Assembly: GCA_002688505.1 (NCBI GenBank)
Contig: CP024013.1
Coordinates: 233,548-265,547 of the forward strand
DNA: 32,000 nucleotides
Direction: 5' to 3'
From: Candidatus Saccharimonadota bacterium
GTDB lineage: Bacteria; Pseudomonadota; Gammaproteobacteria; Enterobacterales; Enterobacteriaceae
Shown here: positions 10,888 through 21,824 of the stretch, piece after piece
Numbering within the stretch: the stretch's first letter is position 1
Layout of the letters: each line of letters starts with the position of its first letter
Notes under the pieces: model-generated
Database searches by the model: none
Told to the model about the DNA's origin: nothing
The model's input: only the letters and a program-made list of their open reading frames with translations
Made by a program: the position numbers and the translations under genes

Positions 10888-12135
10888 TTATATTCAATAA
10901 ATTAAATAAAAATTTTTTTTTCCTTTAGATATAATTGTATATTTATTAAATAATTTATTTTTTTTTGTTATTTTAAAATTAGTATCATTTATTAATTGTT
11001 TATTTATATTTATTGATTTATTTATAATTAAATTATGTGCATGTGATTTTGAGTTTGAAATTTTTAATTTTATTAAAATTTTTTTTATTTCTTTATATTT
11101 ATTTTTTAATTTTATTTTAGGTATATTAAGTTTATATAATTTATTTAATATTTTTAATGTTAAATAATTAAATTTAATAAAATAATATTTAGAAACAAAT
11201 ATAGCTTTTTTAGTTTCTTTTTTTCCATGTACTATTTTTGTTATATATTTAGCAAGTATTTTTTTGTTTTTATTTATGTTATTTTTTTTAAATATTTTTT
11301 TTATTTGTTTTATACTTAAAAATGTTAATTGTTTAAAGTATATATATAATTTATCATCTTTAATATTTAATCAAAATTGATAAAATTCAAATGGAGTAGT
11401 TTTATTTTTATCTAATCAAATATTGTTTGTTTTTGATTTTCCAAATTTTTTTCCTTTTTTATTAGTTATTAATGGTATAGTTAAACCATAAGATTGTTTA
11501 TTAAATATTTTTTTAATTAAATAAATACCTGAAGTAATATTACCTCATTGGTCTGATCCTCCTATTTGAAGATTAATATTATATTTTTTAAAAAGTAAAT
11601 AAAAATCGTAACTTTGTAATAAATTATATGTTATTTCTTTAAAATTAATTCCATATTTTTTATTTCTTTGTTTGATAGAATTTTTATTTAATAAATATTT
11701 TATTTTAAAATGTTTAGCTATTTTATTTAAAAAATTTATTAATTTTATTTTTTTGAATCATTTTTTATTTGATATTATATTAATTTTTTTTTTATTATTA
11801 TTATTTAGTATATAATTAATTTGTTTTTTAATTTTTTTTTTAAAATCATTAATTTTTTTTTTTTCTATTTGTTTTCTATTTTTTTTTTTAAAACTTGGAT
11901 CACCTATATATGCTGTAATTTCTCCTAATATTATTGTTATTTTATATTTATATTTTATAAATCTTTTTAATGTAATTAATAATAATAAATGTCCTATATG
12001 GAGACTTTTATATGTAGGATCAAAACCACAATATATTTTAATATTTTTATTATTTATGTTATATAATAAATTTTTATTTGATATTTGTTTAATAAGTTTT
12101 CTTTTATATAAATCATATATAATATTATTTTTCAT
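10888..12135 (-). CDS. tyrS: Tyrosyl-tRNA synthetase (415 aa, five in-frame TGA=Trp)
   Basis: YCGFDPTYKSLHIGHLLLLITLKRF (HIGH motif), IGDPSFK, LQIGGSDQWGNITSG, KFGKS (KMSKS-like), FYQFWLN and a C-terminus of KGKKNFYLIYWI*. E. coli has ALYCGFDPTADSLHLGHL, IGDPSFK, LQIGGSDQWGNITSG, KFGKT, FYQFWIN and RRGKKNYCLICWK. The TGAs align with W. Track ORF 11758..12135 is only the N-terminal part. Confidence 0.93.
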
Positions 12136-12223
12136 TTTATATTTTTATTAAAATTTAAATTGATTTAGATATTATTATATAATAATATATATTTATTAAT
12201 ATTTTGTTTTATTAATTTTATTA

Positions 12224-12295
12224 GCGTTCTTAACTCAGAGGTAGAGTGCCATTTTGACGTGATGGAAGTCAGTGGTTCAAATCCACTAGAACGCA
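12224..12295 (+). tRNA. tRNA-Val (anticodon GAC), 72 nt, no encoded CCA
   Basis: Acceptor GCGTTCT/AGAACGC, D-stem ACTC/GAGT, anticodon stem CCATT/GATGG, loop TTGACGT, T-arm AGTGG-TTCAAAT-CCACT. The ends resemble E. coli tRNA-Val(GAC) (GCGTTC...GAACGCA). Confidence 0.9.
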
Positions 12296-12331
12296 TTTAT
12301 TATTTATTTTTAAAATATTTATTAAAAAAAT

Positions 12332-13750
12332 ATGAAGAAAACTAAAATTGTTTGTACAATAGGTCCATCAAGTTGTTACAAAGATATAATTATAAATTTA
12401 TTAAAAAATGGTATGGATGTAGCTAGATTAAATTTTTCTCATGGAAATTATAATGATTATGAAAATTATATTTTAAATTTAAGAGAAGCTAGTAAAGAAG
12501 TAAATAAAAGAATAGCTATTATTTTAGATACTAAAGGTCCTGAAATACGTACATTAAAATTATATAATTCTAAGGAAGTTTTTTTAAAGAAAGGTAATAT
12601 TTTTACATTTATATGCAATAATAGAAAATTTATTGGTAATGAAAAAAGTGTATCTATTTCTTATGAAAATTTTTTTAATGATGTAAATATAGGAAATTTA
12701 ATATTAATTGATGATGGTTTAATATCAATGAAAATAATAAATAAATTAAATGATAAAGTAATTTGTAAAATATTAAATAGTGGATTTTTAGGTGAAAATA
12801 AAGGTATAAATTTACCAGAAATAAATATAAATTTACCTTATTTATCTGAAAAGGATAAGAGTGATTTAATATTTGGATGTAAATATAATGTTGATTTTAT
12901 AGCTGCTTCTTTTGTTAAAACTAGTGAAGATGTATTGCAAATAAGAAAATTATTAGATAATAATAATGGTAATAATATACAAATAATTTCTAAAATTGAA
13001 AATAATGAGGGTTTAAAAAATTTTGATAAAATATTAAATGTATCTGATGGTATTATGGTAGCAAGAGGTGATTTAGGTGTTGAAATACCTGTAGAAGATG
13101 TTATTTTTGCTCAAAAAAAGATGATTAAAAAATGTAATATTGCAAGAAAAGTAGTTATTACAGCAACTCAAATGTTAGAATCTATGATAAATAATCCTAG
13201 ACCTACTAGAGCTGAAGCAGGTGATATAGCTAATGCTATTTTAGATGGTACAGATGCTGTTATGCTTTCTGGTGAAAGTGCTAAAGGAAAGTATCCTATA
13301 GAATGTGTTAAAATAATGTCAATGATTTGTAAAAGAGCTGATGATTCATTAAATAAATATAATGTTAATTATAAAGATAATAAATATATACCTATAAGTG
13401 AAGCAATATGTAAAAGTTCTGTAGATATATCAAAAAAATTAGAATGTAAATTGATTTTAGTTTATACTAGAGGTGGTAAGTCACCTAAATTTATTAGAAA
13501 ATATTTTCCTAAGTCATTAATTTTAGCATTAACTGATAGTGAAATTGTATGTAGACAATTAGTATTAATTAAGGGTGTAATATCTTGTTTAGTTAAAAAT
13601 ATTAATTCTACTGATGATTTTTACAATATTGGTAAAGATTTATCAATATCTAATAGTTATGCTAAAGTAGGAGACATAATAATAATGGTTTCAGGTTCTT
13701 TAGTTTCTAAAGGTGGAATAAGTAATACTGTTTCAGTACATGTATTATAA
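12332..13750 (+). CDS. pykF: Pyruvate kinase I (472 aa)
   Basis: [12 protein letters not shown]...[10 protein letters not shown]...[11 protein letters not shown]...[44 protein letters not shown]...[48 protein letters not shown]...NTVSVHVL is colinear with E. coli PykF along its whole length. Confidence 0.96.
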   Translation: MKKTKIVCTIGPSSCYKDIIINLLKNGMDVARLNFSHGNYNDYENYILNLREASKEVNKRIAIILDTKGPEIRTLKLYNSKEVFLKKGNIFTFICNNRKFIGNEKSVSISYENFFNDVNIGNLILIDDGLISMKIINKLNDKVICKILNSGFLGENKGINLPEININLPYLSEKDKSDLIFGCKYNVDFIAASFVKTSEDVLQIRKLLDNNNGNNIQIISKIENNEGLKNFDKILNVSDGIMVARGDLGVEIPVEDVIFAQKKMIKKCNIARKVVITATQMLESMINNPRPTRAEAGDIANAILDGTDAVMLSGESAKGKYPIECVKIMSMICKRADDSLNKYNVNYKDNKYIPISEAICKSSVDISKKLECKLILVYTRGGKSPKFIRKYFPKSLILALTDSEIVCRQLVLIKGVISCLVKNINSTDDFYNIGKDLSISNSYAKVGDIIIMVSGSLVSKGGISNTVSVHVL

Positions 13751-13787
13751 GATTTTATTTAAATTTATTAGAATTTATATTAATTTT

Positions 13788-16277
13788 TTATATTTTTTCA
13801 CATTGTATAACTTTTTCTAAATTTTTTAGTTTAATTAAAATTATTCCTTGTGTATTTCTTTTAAATATATTTATATTTTTAGTATATATTCTTAATATGT
13901 TACCTTTATCAGTTATAATTATTATTTGTTGTTTTTTGTTTTTATTTGTAGTATATATTGATTTTATTATATAACCATTTTTATTATTAATTTTTATTGA
14001 AATTAATCCTTTTATTGCTCTTGATTTTATAGGAAATTCTGTTATACTTGTTTTTTTACCATATCCGTTTTGTGTAATTATTATTACATATCCTTTTTTA
14101 TATTTATATTTTATTATTAATGATGAAGAAACTTTATCTTCTTTAGATAAATTAATACCTTTTATTCCATATGCATTTTTACCCATATTTCTAATATTTT
14201 TTTCTAAAAATCTTACTGTTTTACCTTTTTTAGTAAATAACATTATTTGATTTTTTCCATTTGTTATATGTGCGTTAATAATTTTATCTTTATTTTTAAA
14301 ATTTATAATATTTATTCCATTTTTTCTATTTAGATTAATTTTATTTAATTTAATTTTTTTTATTAATCCATTTTTAGTTATTAAAATTATATATTTTTTA
14401 AGTAATTTTTTATTATTTATTGGAATTAAATAATTAATATTTTCATTTTTTAGTAAATTAATAAAATTTATTATTGGTTTTCCTGTAGGATTTTTAGTAA
14501 AATTTAATATTTTAAATATTTTTAGATAAAAAATTTTTCCAGTATTTGTAAATAGTAATAGATTTTCATGTGTATTGGTTATTAACATATTATTAACTTT
14601 ATCTTTATTTTTTAATTTTATTATATTTTTACCCATTCTTCCTTTGTTTTTTATTTTTAGTTTATATAATTTTTTATATTTTATATATCCTAATTTAGAT
14701 AAAATTATTATAATTTTTTCTTTTTTTATTAAGTCATTAGTTTTTATTAATTTTGTTTTTTTATTTATTTTAGTAATTCTTTTATCCCCAAATTTTTTTT
14801 TTATATTTATAAATTCTTTTTTAATTATATTATTAATTAATTTTTTATTATTTAATATATTATTAAATTTTTTTATTTTTTTAATTATTATTTTATATTT
14901 ATTAAATATATTTTTATTCTCTTTTTTTGTTAATTTTATTAAGCTTAATTTTAATATATTATTTATTTGTTTAATTGAAAATTTATATTTATTTTTTTTA
15001 ATTATTATATTTTGTGTTTCTATAGGTATTTTTCAGTATTTTTTTATTATATTTTTTATAGCTAATTTTTTATTATTTGAATTTTTTATTATATATAATA
15101 TTTTTTTAATGTTATATAAAGATATTATTAATCCTTCAAGAATATGTAATTTTTTTTTAGATTTTTTTAATTTAAATATTATTTTTTTTTTAATTATATT
15201 TTTTCTATGTTTTATAAATATTTTAATAATTTTTTTTAAATTTAATATTTTAGGTCTATTTTTATATAAAGCAACTATATTTATTCCATAAGATATTTTT
15301 AAATTAGTTAATTCTATTAATTTATTAATTAATATTTTTCTTTTAATATATTTTTTTACTTCTATTACTATTCTCATTCCATCTTGATCAGATTCGTCTC
15401 TTATATTTTTTATTTCATTTATTGTTTTTTCCTTCATTAATTCTATAATTTTTTTTATTATTTTTGATTTATTTGTTTGATATGGTAATTGATTTATAAT
15501 TATATTTCTTTTATTGTTTATTTTATTATTTTCAATATTAATTTTTGCTAATATTTTAATGTTACCTTTTCCTGTTTTATAAGCATTATATATACCGTTA
15601 TTATCTTCTATAATACCTCCAGTAGGAAAATCAGGTCCTTTAATATATTTCATTAATGTTTTTGTTTTTAATTTTTTATTTTTCATAAATTTTATAAAAA
15701 CATTCATTACTTCTGATATATTATGAGGAGGTATATTTGTAGCCATTCCAACTGCTATTCCAGTAGTGCCATTTATTAAAATATTAGGTATTTTTGTTGG
15801 TAATATTTCTGGTATTTTTTCAGTAGAATCATAGTTAGGAAAGAATTTTACTGTTTTTTTTTCTATATCTTTTAAAAATTCTTTTGTTATTTTTGACATT
15901 CTAATTTCTGTATATCTCATAGCTGCAGCTTTATCTCCATCTATTGATCCAAAATTACCTTGACCGTCTATTAATGGATATCTCATAGAAAAATTTTGAG
16001 CCATTCTTACTATAGATTCATATACTGCATTATCTCCATGAGGATGATATTTTCCTATTACATCTCCTACTATTCTAGCAGATTTTTTATATGGTTTATT
16101 ATGAATATTTTTTAAAATAAACATTGCATATAATATTCTTCTATGTACAGGTTTTAATCCATCTCTTATATCTGGTAAAGCTCTTCCTATAATTACAGAC
16201 ATTGCATAATTAAGATATGATTTTTTTAATTCATTTTCTATATCAATTTCTTTAATTTTGTTTTTTATATTATTCAT
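13788..16277 (-). CDS. gyrA: DNA gyrase subunit A (829 aa, in-frame TGA codons)
   Basis: The N-terminus [33 protein letters not shown]...[50 protein letters not shown] matches E. coli GyrA. The middle part reads FGDKRITKI...LSKLGYIKY...KNKGRMGKN...[18 protein letters not shown]. Track ORFs 15033..16277 and 13788..14636 share one frame (2490 nt total) and join through TGA (for example comp 15033-15035). Confidence 0.94.
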
Positions 16278-16480
16278 TTTAATATTTTTATATATTATTA
16301 TAATTTTAAATTAATTTTTTTTTATATTATTTATTAATTTAAATTTTTTATTTTATTAAAAATATAAATTTTATAAATATTTAAAAGTTATATATTTTAT
16401 TAAATAAAATTTATATTTTTAATAATATTTTAATTTTATTTTATTAAATTTAAATTTATAAATTAAAATTTAATTTTTTT

Positions 16481-16513
16481 ATACCCATATATTATTTAGT
16501 TATATATGGGTAT
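16481..16513. repeat. 12-bp-stem inverted repeat (hairpin) just downstream of the ElaB-like gene and upstream of gyrA
   Basis: ATACCCATATAT (16481-16492), a 9-nt loop, then ATATATGGGTAT (16502-16513). This is one of the few GC-containing elements in a 240-bp spacer. On the minus-strand RNA it is followed by an A-run rather than a U-run, so an intrinsic-terminator role is uncertain. Confidence 0.4.
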
Positions 16514-16518
16514 ATAAT

Positions 16519-16767
16519 CTATTTTTTTCTTAAAATATATCCTATTAATAATCCTATGGATAATGATAACATTATAGATGTTATAGGTTTATTTTTAATA
16601 TTATTTTTCGTGAAATTTATTGTTTTATTAATTATTTCATTTATTTTATTTATATATTTTTTAGTTTTGTCTTTTATATTTTCATTTTTTGAAATATTAT
16701 TATATTTTTTTGTTATACATTTAACAGCTTCTTTAATTTTTTTTTCTGTTTTATCTAAAATATTCAT
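16519..16767 (-). CDS. ElaB/YqjD/YgaM-family (DUF883) tail-anchored ribosome-associated membrane protein, 82 aa
   Basis: The body is Lys/Glu-rich and helical, followed by a C-terminal anchor NKPITSIMLSLSIGLLIGYILRKK. This resembles the family's conserved PWQ..GVGAAVGLVLGLLLARR tail. Confidence 0.6.
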   Translation of the reverse strand: MNILDKTEKKIKEAVKCITKKYNNISKNENIKDKTKKYINKINEIINKTINFTKNNIKNKPITSIMLSLSIGLLIGYILRKK

Positions 16768-16781
16768 TTTTTTAATTTTAA

Positions 16782-17609
16782 TTAAGATAATATTTTAAAA
16801 TAGTTACAAATTATTCCAAGTGTTAATAATATAAACATTAGTATTAGAGGATTTATTTTTTTATTTAATAATCACATACATGTTAATGTTAATATAAGTG
16901 GAATTATTCCAGGTATTAAATTATCTAACATATCTTGTAATTTAACATTTATATTTTTGCCATTTTTTATAAAGTGTGTAATTATTATAGGTGTTTTAAC
17001 TTTTGTTCATTTATTTACTAAAGCTCCTAATACAAATAATCCTAATATTGAAGATGCTTCTGTTATTTTTTTTATAAAATTGTCATTTAATTCTTTTATT
17101 ATATTAATACCCTTTTTATATCCATAATGTAATCCATAGTATAAAGTTAATAGTCTTATTATATTAAATGATATAAAAAAGAAAATTGGACCTATTATAC
17201 TTCCATTAATTGCTAGACTAGCACCTATAGCTGATAACATAGGTCTAATAGTACCTCAAAATACTGGATCTCCTATACCTGCTAATGGTCCCATTAATCC
17301 TATTTTTATATTTCTTATGGAATCAGATTTAATTTTATTATATTTAGATTTTTCTTCTTCCATAGCTATAATAATTCCAATTATTGGTGATACCATATAT
17401 GGATGTGTGTTAAAAAATTCTAAATGTCTTTTAAAAGCTTTTTTTTTTTTATTATTATTATTTTTATATAGTTTATTTAGTACAGGTAATATAGAGTAAC
17501 AAAAACCTAAAGCTTGCATTCTTTCAAAATTTCATGATCCTTGTAGTAAAAAACTACGTATAAATACTTTATTGATATCTGTTTTAGTTATTTTTATGTT
17601 ATTTTTCAT
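16782..17609 (-). CDS. manZ: PTS mannose-family transporter subunit IID (275 aa, four TGA=Trp)
   Basis: VFIRSFLLQGSWNFERMQALGFCYS..., RHLEFFNTHPY, GLMGPLAGIGDPVFWGTIRP, ILGLFVLGALVNKWT and LTLTCMWLLNKKINPL. E. coli ManZ has VFLRSNLFQGSWNFERMQALGFCFS, RHLEFFNTQPF, GLMGPLAGVGDPIFWGTVRP, ILGLFVMGALVNKWT and LTFACMWLLRKKVNPL. All four TGAs fall on E. coli W. Confidence 0.95.
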
Positions 17610-17624
17610 ATTTTTAAAATCTCT

Positions 17625-18431
17625 TTAATCTAGTTCATCTTCTTTAATTTTTTTTTGTTTATTTTTATAATTTTTTATATTTTTAAAATCATAATATTTA
17701 GGTGATAATTGTATATATAATATTGATAGAATTATACCTATTATACCTAAAGATAATAAATTAAATGAAGTTGAACCTGCAATTATAAATCCTAAATAAA
17801 AAAATGGCATTAAGTATTTTTCTTTTATCATATTTATTACCATAGCATATCCTATAGTTACTATTATATTACCAGAAACATTTAATCCTTTAGTTATAGA
17901 TTCAGGTATTATATTTAAAAGATTTTTAATAGTTTCAGTTTTCATAGAATAGCAAAATATAATTACAGGTATAGATATTCTTAAAGCTTGAAGTGTTAAT
18001 GCAATTATATGTATATAGGATAAATAAATAGTACTTTTATTATTTTCTATTATTTTATCAGCTAAATGTTGAAAACTTATACATATACTTCTTATAATTA
18101 TTGTTAATATTTGTCCTGCTGCTGCTATAGGTATAGCTAATGTTATTCCAGAACCTATAGTTTGTTTTCCTATAATAACTAATAAAGTTGATATTATAGA
18201 AGATAATGCTGAATCTGGACAAATAGCTGCACCTATATTTATTCATCCTAATGACATAATTTCTAATGTTCCACCTATTATAATTCCTGTTTTTATATCT
18301 CCTAGAATTAATCCAATTAATGTACATGCCAATAATGGTCTATGTAATTGAAATTGATCTAATATTGATTCTATACCTATTAAAGAACTTATTAAAAATA
18401 TTAATATTAATTTTAATGATGTTATTTCCAT
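17625..18431 (-). CDS. manY: PTS mannose-family transporter subunit IIC (268 aa, one TGA=Trp)
   Basis: MEITSLKLILIFL...ILDQFQLHRPLLACTLIGLILGDIKTGIIIGGTLEIMSLGWINIGAAI...GYAMVINMIKEKYLMPFFYLGF...LYIQLSPKY...DELD aligns end to end with E. coli ManY (MEITTLQIVLVFI...LYIQLSPKY...NELD). Confidence 0.95.
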
Positions 18432-18439
18432 TTTTTTTC

Positions 18440-19354
18440 CTAATTAATTTTTATATTATTTAATATATTTATTAAATTTATTTTTTTATTATTAGGTACT
18501 TTTCTAATTTCTAGTTCTATATTCATTTTATTTAATTTATAAAATGATTTTATATCTTTTTTATTTACAGAAATAGCATCTGTTATTTGTATTTTACCTT
18601 CTTTATATGACATTCCTCCTATGTTTATAGAATTTATTTTTAATCCTTTTTTAATTGTTTCTAATATATCTGTAGGATTTGTAAATAGTAATAAAACTCT
18701 ATCATTTTTATATTTTATATTATTATATACTTTAATAAATTTATTTATATTTACTACATGAGAATTTATACTTGGTGGTGATACTTGTTTAAGTAATTTA
18801 ACTCTAATTGGATCTTTATATATTTTATTATTAATTACTATTATTCTAGATATTTTTAATTCTTTACTTCATCCAGTACATACTTGTCCATGTATTAATC
18901 TATCGTCTATTCTTGTAAGTTCTATTTTCATATTATTATTTTTATTTTTTTTTATATTTATTTTTGTACTATTTATACCTTTTTTACCACTATTTAACGC
19001 TATTTTTACTAATTTATATATTTTATTATTTTCTTTACGACACATTAATATTTCCAATAACATTGGAATATTAGTACCTGATATTATTTCTCCTTTGATT
19101 TTTTTATTTGTATTAAGAATATTATTTGCAGCATTAAATGGACTTCCTCCTAATATATCTACGAAAAAAATTAGTTTTTTGATTTTTGATTTTTTTATAC
19201 ATTTTTTATATTTATTAATTATGTTATCTGCATTTTCTCCAGTTAAAAATTTTATTGCAAATATGTTTAATTGTTTACCTATTATTAATTCAATAGTATT
19301 TAACATTTCTATAGCTAATTTACCGTGCATACATATTATAATTGATATATCCAA
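18440..19354 (-). CDS. manX: PTS mannose-family enzyme IIAB (304 aa, TTG start, one TGA=Trp)
   Basis: MDISIIICMHG (IIA His), VDILGGSPFNAA, GTNIPMLLE, RIDDRLIHGQVCTGW (IIB His), LLFTNPTD and ELEIRKV match E. coli ManX. The TGA at comp 18869-18871 aligns with the W of ATRWTKE. There is no in-frame ATG upstream before a TAA. The TTG at comp 19352-19354 is preceded by a strong SD. Confidence 0.93.
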
Positions 19355-19360
19355 TGTTTT

Positions 19361-19367
19361 TCTCCTT
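19361..19367 (-). promoter_or_regulatory. Shine-Dalgarno sequence AAGGAGA for manX
   Basis: The plus-strand TCTCCTT is AAGGAGA on the coding strand, 6 nt upstream of the TTG start. This is a rare G-rich heptamer in AT-rich spacer. Confidence 0.6.
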
Positions 19368-19368
19368 T

Positions 19369-19437
19369 TATAATTATTATATAATTTATTTATTATAAAT
19401 TTTTATAATTATTATATAATTTATTTTATTATAAAAT
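19369..19437. repeat. Imperfect tandem direct repeat (2 x about 32 bp) in the manX-mutH divergent spacer
   Basis: TATAATTATTATATAATTTATTTATTATAAAT (19369-19400), then TTT, then TATAATTATTATATAATTTATTTTATTATAAAAT (19404-19437). The copies are identical apart from extra Ts/As. Confidence 0.5.
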
Positions 19438-19807
19438 ATATTATATATAATATTATATATATAAATATAAGTTTTAAATTTTTTAAATAAATTAAAAATA
19501 TATTTAAACTAATATAAATTTAGTTTTTAAATTTATAATAAAATTTAATAATATAATTTTTATTTATAAGTTTTTTTTTATTATTTTATATTAATTTATA
19601 TTTTTATATTATTAAAATTATTTATTTTTATAAATTATATATATATAAAATAATAAATATTATTTTATATTATTAATTTTTTGTATATAATAAATATTTA
19701 TTATAAATTTATTAGTTAATTTTATATTTAAATTTAGATTTTATTGTAAAATATTTTATTATTTATATTATATAATAATATTATATAAATATAATATTTA
19801 TGAATAT

Positions 19808-20428
19808 ATGTTAAATTTATTAGAAAATAAGATATTAAAATTTTTGGATAATATTTATGGTTTTTATGTTTATGATTTAATTAATTATATTGGATATAAT
19901 ATTAATAATATTAATAGATTTAATAAAGGTTTTATAGGTAATTTAATTGAGAGTTATATAAATTTAAATATAAATAAAAAAAATATTTGTGATATATCCT
20001 TAATTAATTTAGAAATAAAAACATTTAGTATTGATTATAATATTAATTTATTAAATGATATTTCATTAGTTACTTTTAAATATTTTAGATATTTAAATAT
20101 ATATATTATTTTAGAAAAATTATTTTATAAAATTAAAAATATTTTATTTGTTCCAATTTTATCTAATAAAAATTCTTGTATTGAAGATAAAGTTATAGGA
20201 AAATCTTTTATAATAAAATTTAGTAAATATAATATTTTATCTTTTAAAAATGAATTATATGATTTAAGTATTTTATTTAGTAATAATATTAATATTTTAA
20301 ATAGTTATTATACTAAAAGTTTTAGATTATATTTCTTTATAAATAAAAATAATAAAATTTATTTAAATATTTTTTTTAGAAAAAATTTTATATTTAAATT
20401 AATTAATAAATATAATATTATTTTATAA
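19808..20428 (+). CDS. mutH: DNA mismatch repair endonuclease MutH (206 aa)
   Basis: NKGFIGNLIESYINLN...DISLINLEIKTFSID...KIKNILFVPI...FFRKNFIFKLINKY aligns with E. coli DKGWIGVLLEIWLGAS...DFAALGVELKTIPVD...KLKRVLWIPV...FYLKKNFTSALLARHF. The catalytic D-(x6)-E-x-K triad is present. Confidence 0.75.
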   Translation: MLNLLENKILKFLDNIYGFYVYDLINYIGYNINNINRFNKGFIGNLIESYINLNINKKNICDISLINLEIKTFSIDYNINLLNDISLVTFKYFRYLNIYIILEKLFYKIKNILFVPILSNKNSCIEDKVIGKSFIIKFSKYNILSFKNELYDLSILFSNNINILNSYYTKSFRLYFFINKNNKIYLNIFFRKNFIFKLINKYNIIL

Positions 20429-21823
20429 TTTTTTAAAATTTATTTTTTTTTTTAGTATAGGAAATAATATTATATCTTTAATAGATGAACTTTTTGTAAA
20501 TATCATTATTAATCTATCTATTCCTATTCCTACACCAGCTGTAGGTGGTAATCCATATTTTAGTGCTTCTATATATTCTTTATCATATTTATAATTTTTA
20601 TTTATTAATTTTTGTTGTTTAAATCTTTTTTTTTGTTCTTTATAGTTATTTAATTCTGAAAATCCATTAGCTATTTCAATTCCTCCTATAAATAGTTCAA
20701 ATCTATCTGCTACTTTTTTATTTTTTTTGTTATTTAGAGATAAAGGAGATATATCTATAGGATATTTAGTTATAAATGTAGGTTGAATTAATTTTTTTTC
20801 TGTTGTTAGTTTAAATATTTTTTCTATTATTTTAGATATTTTAATTTTTGTATTTATATTAAGTTTTTTAGCTACTTTTTTAATAATTTTTTTATTATTT
20901 AGTTCTTTAATATTATTAAAATATTTAGAATATTTATATATTGCTTTTTTTATAGGTATAATTCTAAATTTTTCATTTAAAAATATTTTTTTATTATTTA
21001 AATTAAAATATTTTTTTTTTTTAAAAATATTATTTTTTATATATATAATAATATTTTTTGTTAAGTTCATTATATTTTTATAGTTTGAATATGCTTTATA
21101 TATTTCTATCATAGAAAATTCTGGATTATGTATTCTTGATACACCTTCATTACGAAAATTTCTATTTAATTCAAATATTTTTGTAAAACCTGCTATTATT
21201 AATTTTTTTAAATATAATTCAGGTGCTATACGTAAATACATTTTAATATTTAATTTATTATGATATGTTTTAAATGGTTTTGATATAGCACCACCTGGTA
21301 TAGTATGTAACATAGGTGTTTCAACTTCTAAATAATCATTATTATTTAAGTATTTTCTTATAATATATATTATTTTTGTTCTTAATAAGAATTTATTTTT
21401 AGTTTTATTATTTATAATTAGATCTAAGTATCTTTTTCTAAATTTTTTTTCTTTTTTTTTTAATTTATAATATTTATCTGGTAAATGTTTATATATTTTA
21501 ACTAATATTTTAAAATATATACATTTTATTGTTAATTCATTAGTTTTAGTTTTAAATAACATTCCATTAATATATACAATATCTCCTATATTAGAATTAT
21601 TTATTCTTTTTATATATTTTTTATTTAAATAATTCTTAATAGCTAATATTTGTATATTTGATTCTATATCTTGTATATTAAAAAAAATATTATTTTTCAT
21701 TATTCTTTTGGATATAATTCTTCCTGATATATATACTTTTATATTTAGATTATTTATTATATTTCTAGTTTTGTTTTTAAAATATTTTACTATATTATAT
21801 ATTTTATTTATTTTTTTAAACAT
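20423..21823 (-). CDS. lysS: Lysyl-tRNA synthetase, class II (466 aa)
   Basis: RKRYLDLIIN, LEVETPMLHTIPGGAISKPFKTYHNKLNIKMYLRIAPELYLKKLIIAGF..IFELNRNFRNEG.S..HNPEFSMIE, DRFELFIGGIEIANGFSELN and ALKYGLPPTAGVGIGIDRLIMIFT match E. coli LysS motifs 1-3. The N-terminus is about 40 aa shorter than in E. coli. Confidence 0.95.
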   Translation of the reverse strand: MFKKINKIYNIVKYFKNKTRNIINNLNIKVYISGRIISKRIMKNNIFFNIQDIESNIQILAIKNYLNKKYIKRINNSNIGDIVYINGMLFKTKTNELTIKCIYFKILVKIYKHLPDKYYKLKKKEKKFRKRYLDLIINNKTKNKFLLRTKIIYIIRKYLNNNDYLEVETPMLHTIPGGAISKPFKTYHNKLNIKMYLRIAPELYLKKLIIAGFTKIFELNRNFRNEGVSRIHNPEFSMIEIYKAYSNYKNIMNLTKNIIIYIKNNIFKKKKYFNLNNKKIFLNEKFRIIPIKKAIYKYSKYFNNIKELNNKKIIKKVAKKLNINTKIKISKIIEKIFKLTTEKKLIQPTFITKYPIDISPLSLNNKKNKKVADRFELFIGGIEIANGFSELNNYKEQKKRFKQQKLINKNYKYDKEYIEALKYGLPPTAGVGIGIDRLIMIFTKSSSIKDIILFPILKKKINFKKL

Positions 21824-21824
21824 T

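Noticed and set aside
14575-15291. A 238-aa + strand ORF rich in Phe/Ile/Leu, plus similar ORFs at 16556..16798, 17317..17499, 19095..19373, 22039..22341 (+) and 18058..18327, 31501..31869 (-).
   Set aside because: These are antisense or off-frame shadows of well-supported genes (gyrA, the ElaB-like gene, manZ, manX, pth, manY, the MFS half). Poly-A/T-rich coding DNA leaves the opposite strand open and gives low-complexity 'proteins'.
19355-19807. The largest spacer (453 bp, manX/mutH) as a possible oriC, CRISPR array or degraded gene.
   Set aside because: I could see no DnaA-box consensus, no GATC cluster and no regular repeat-spacer periodicity. Apart from the single 2 x 32-bp duplication it is just low-complexity AT sequence. 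It is reported only as a repeat.
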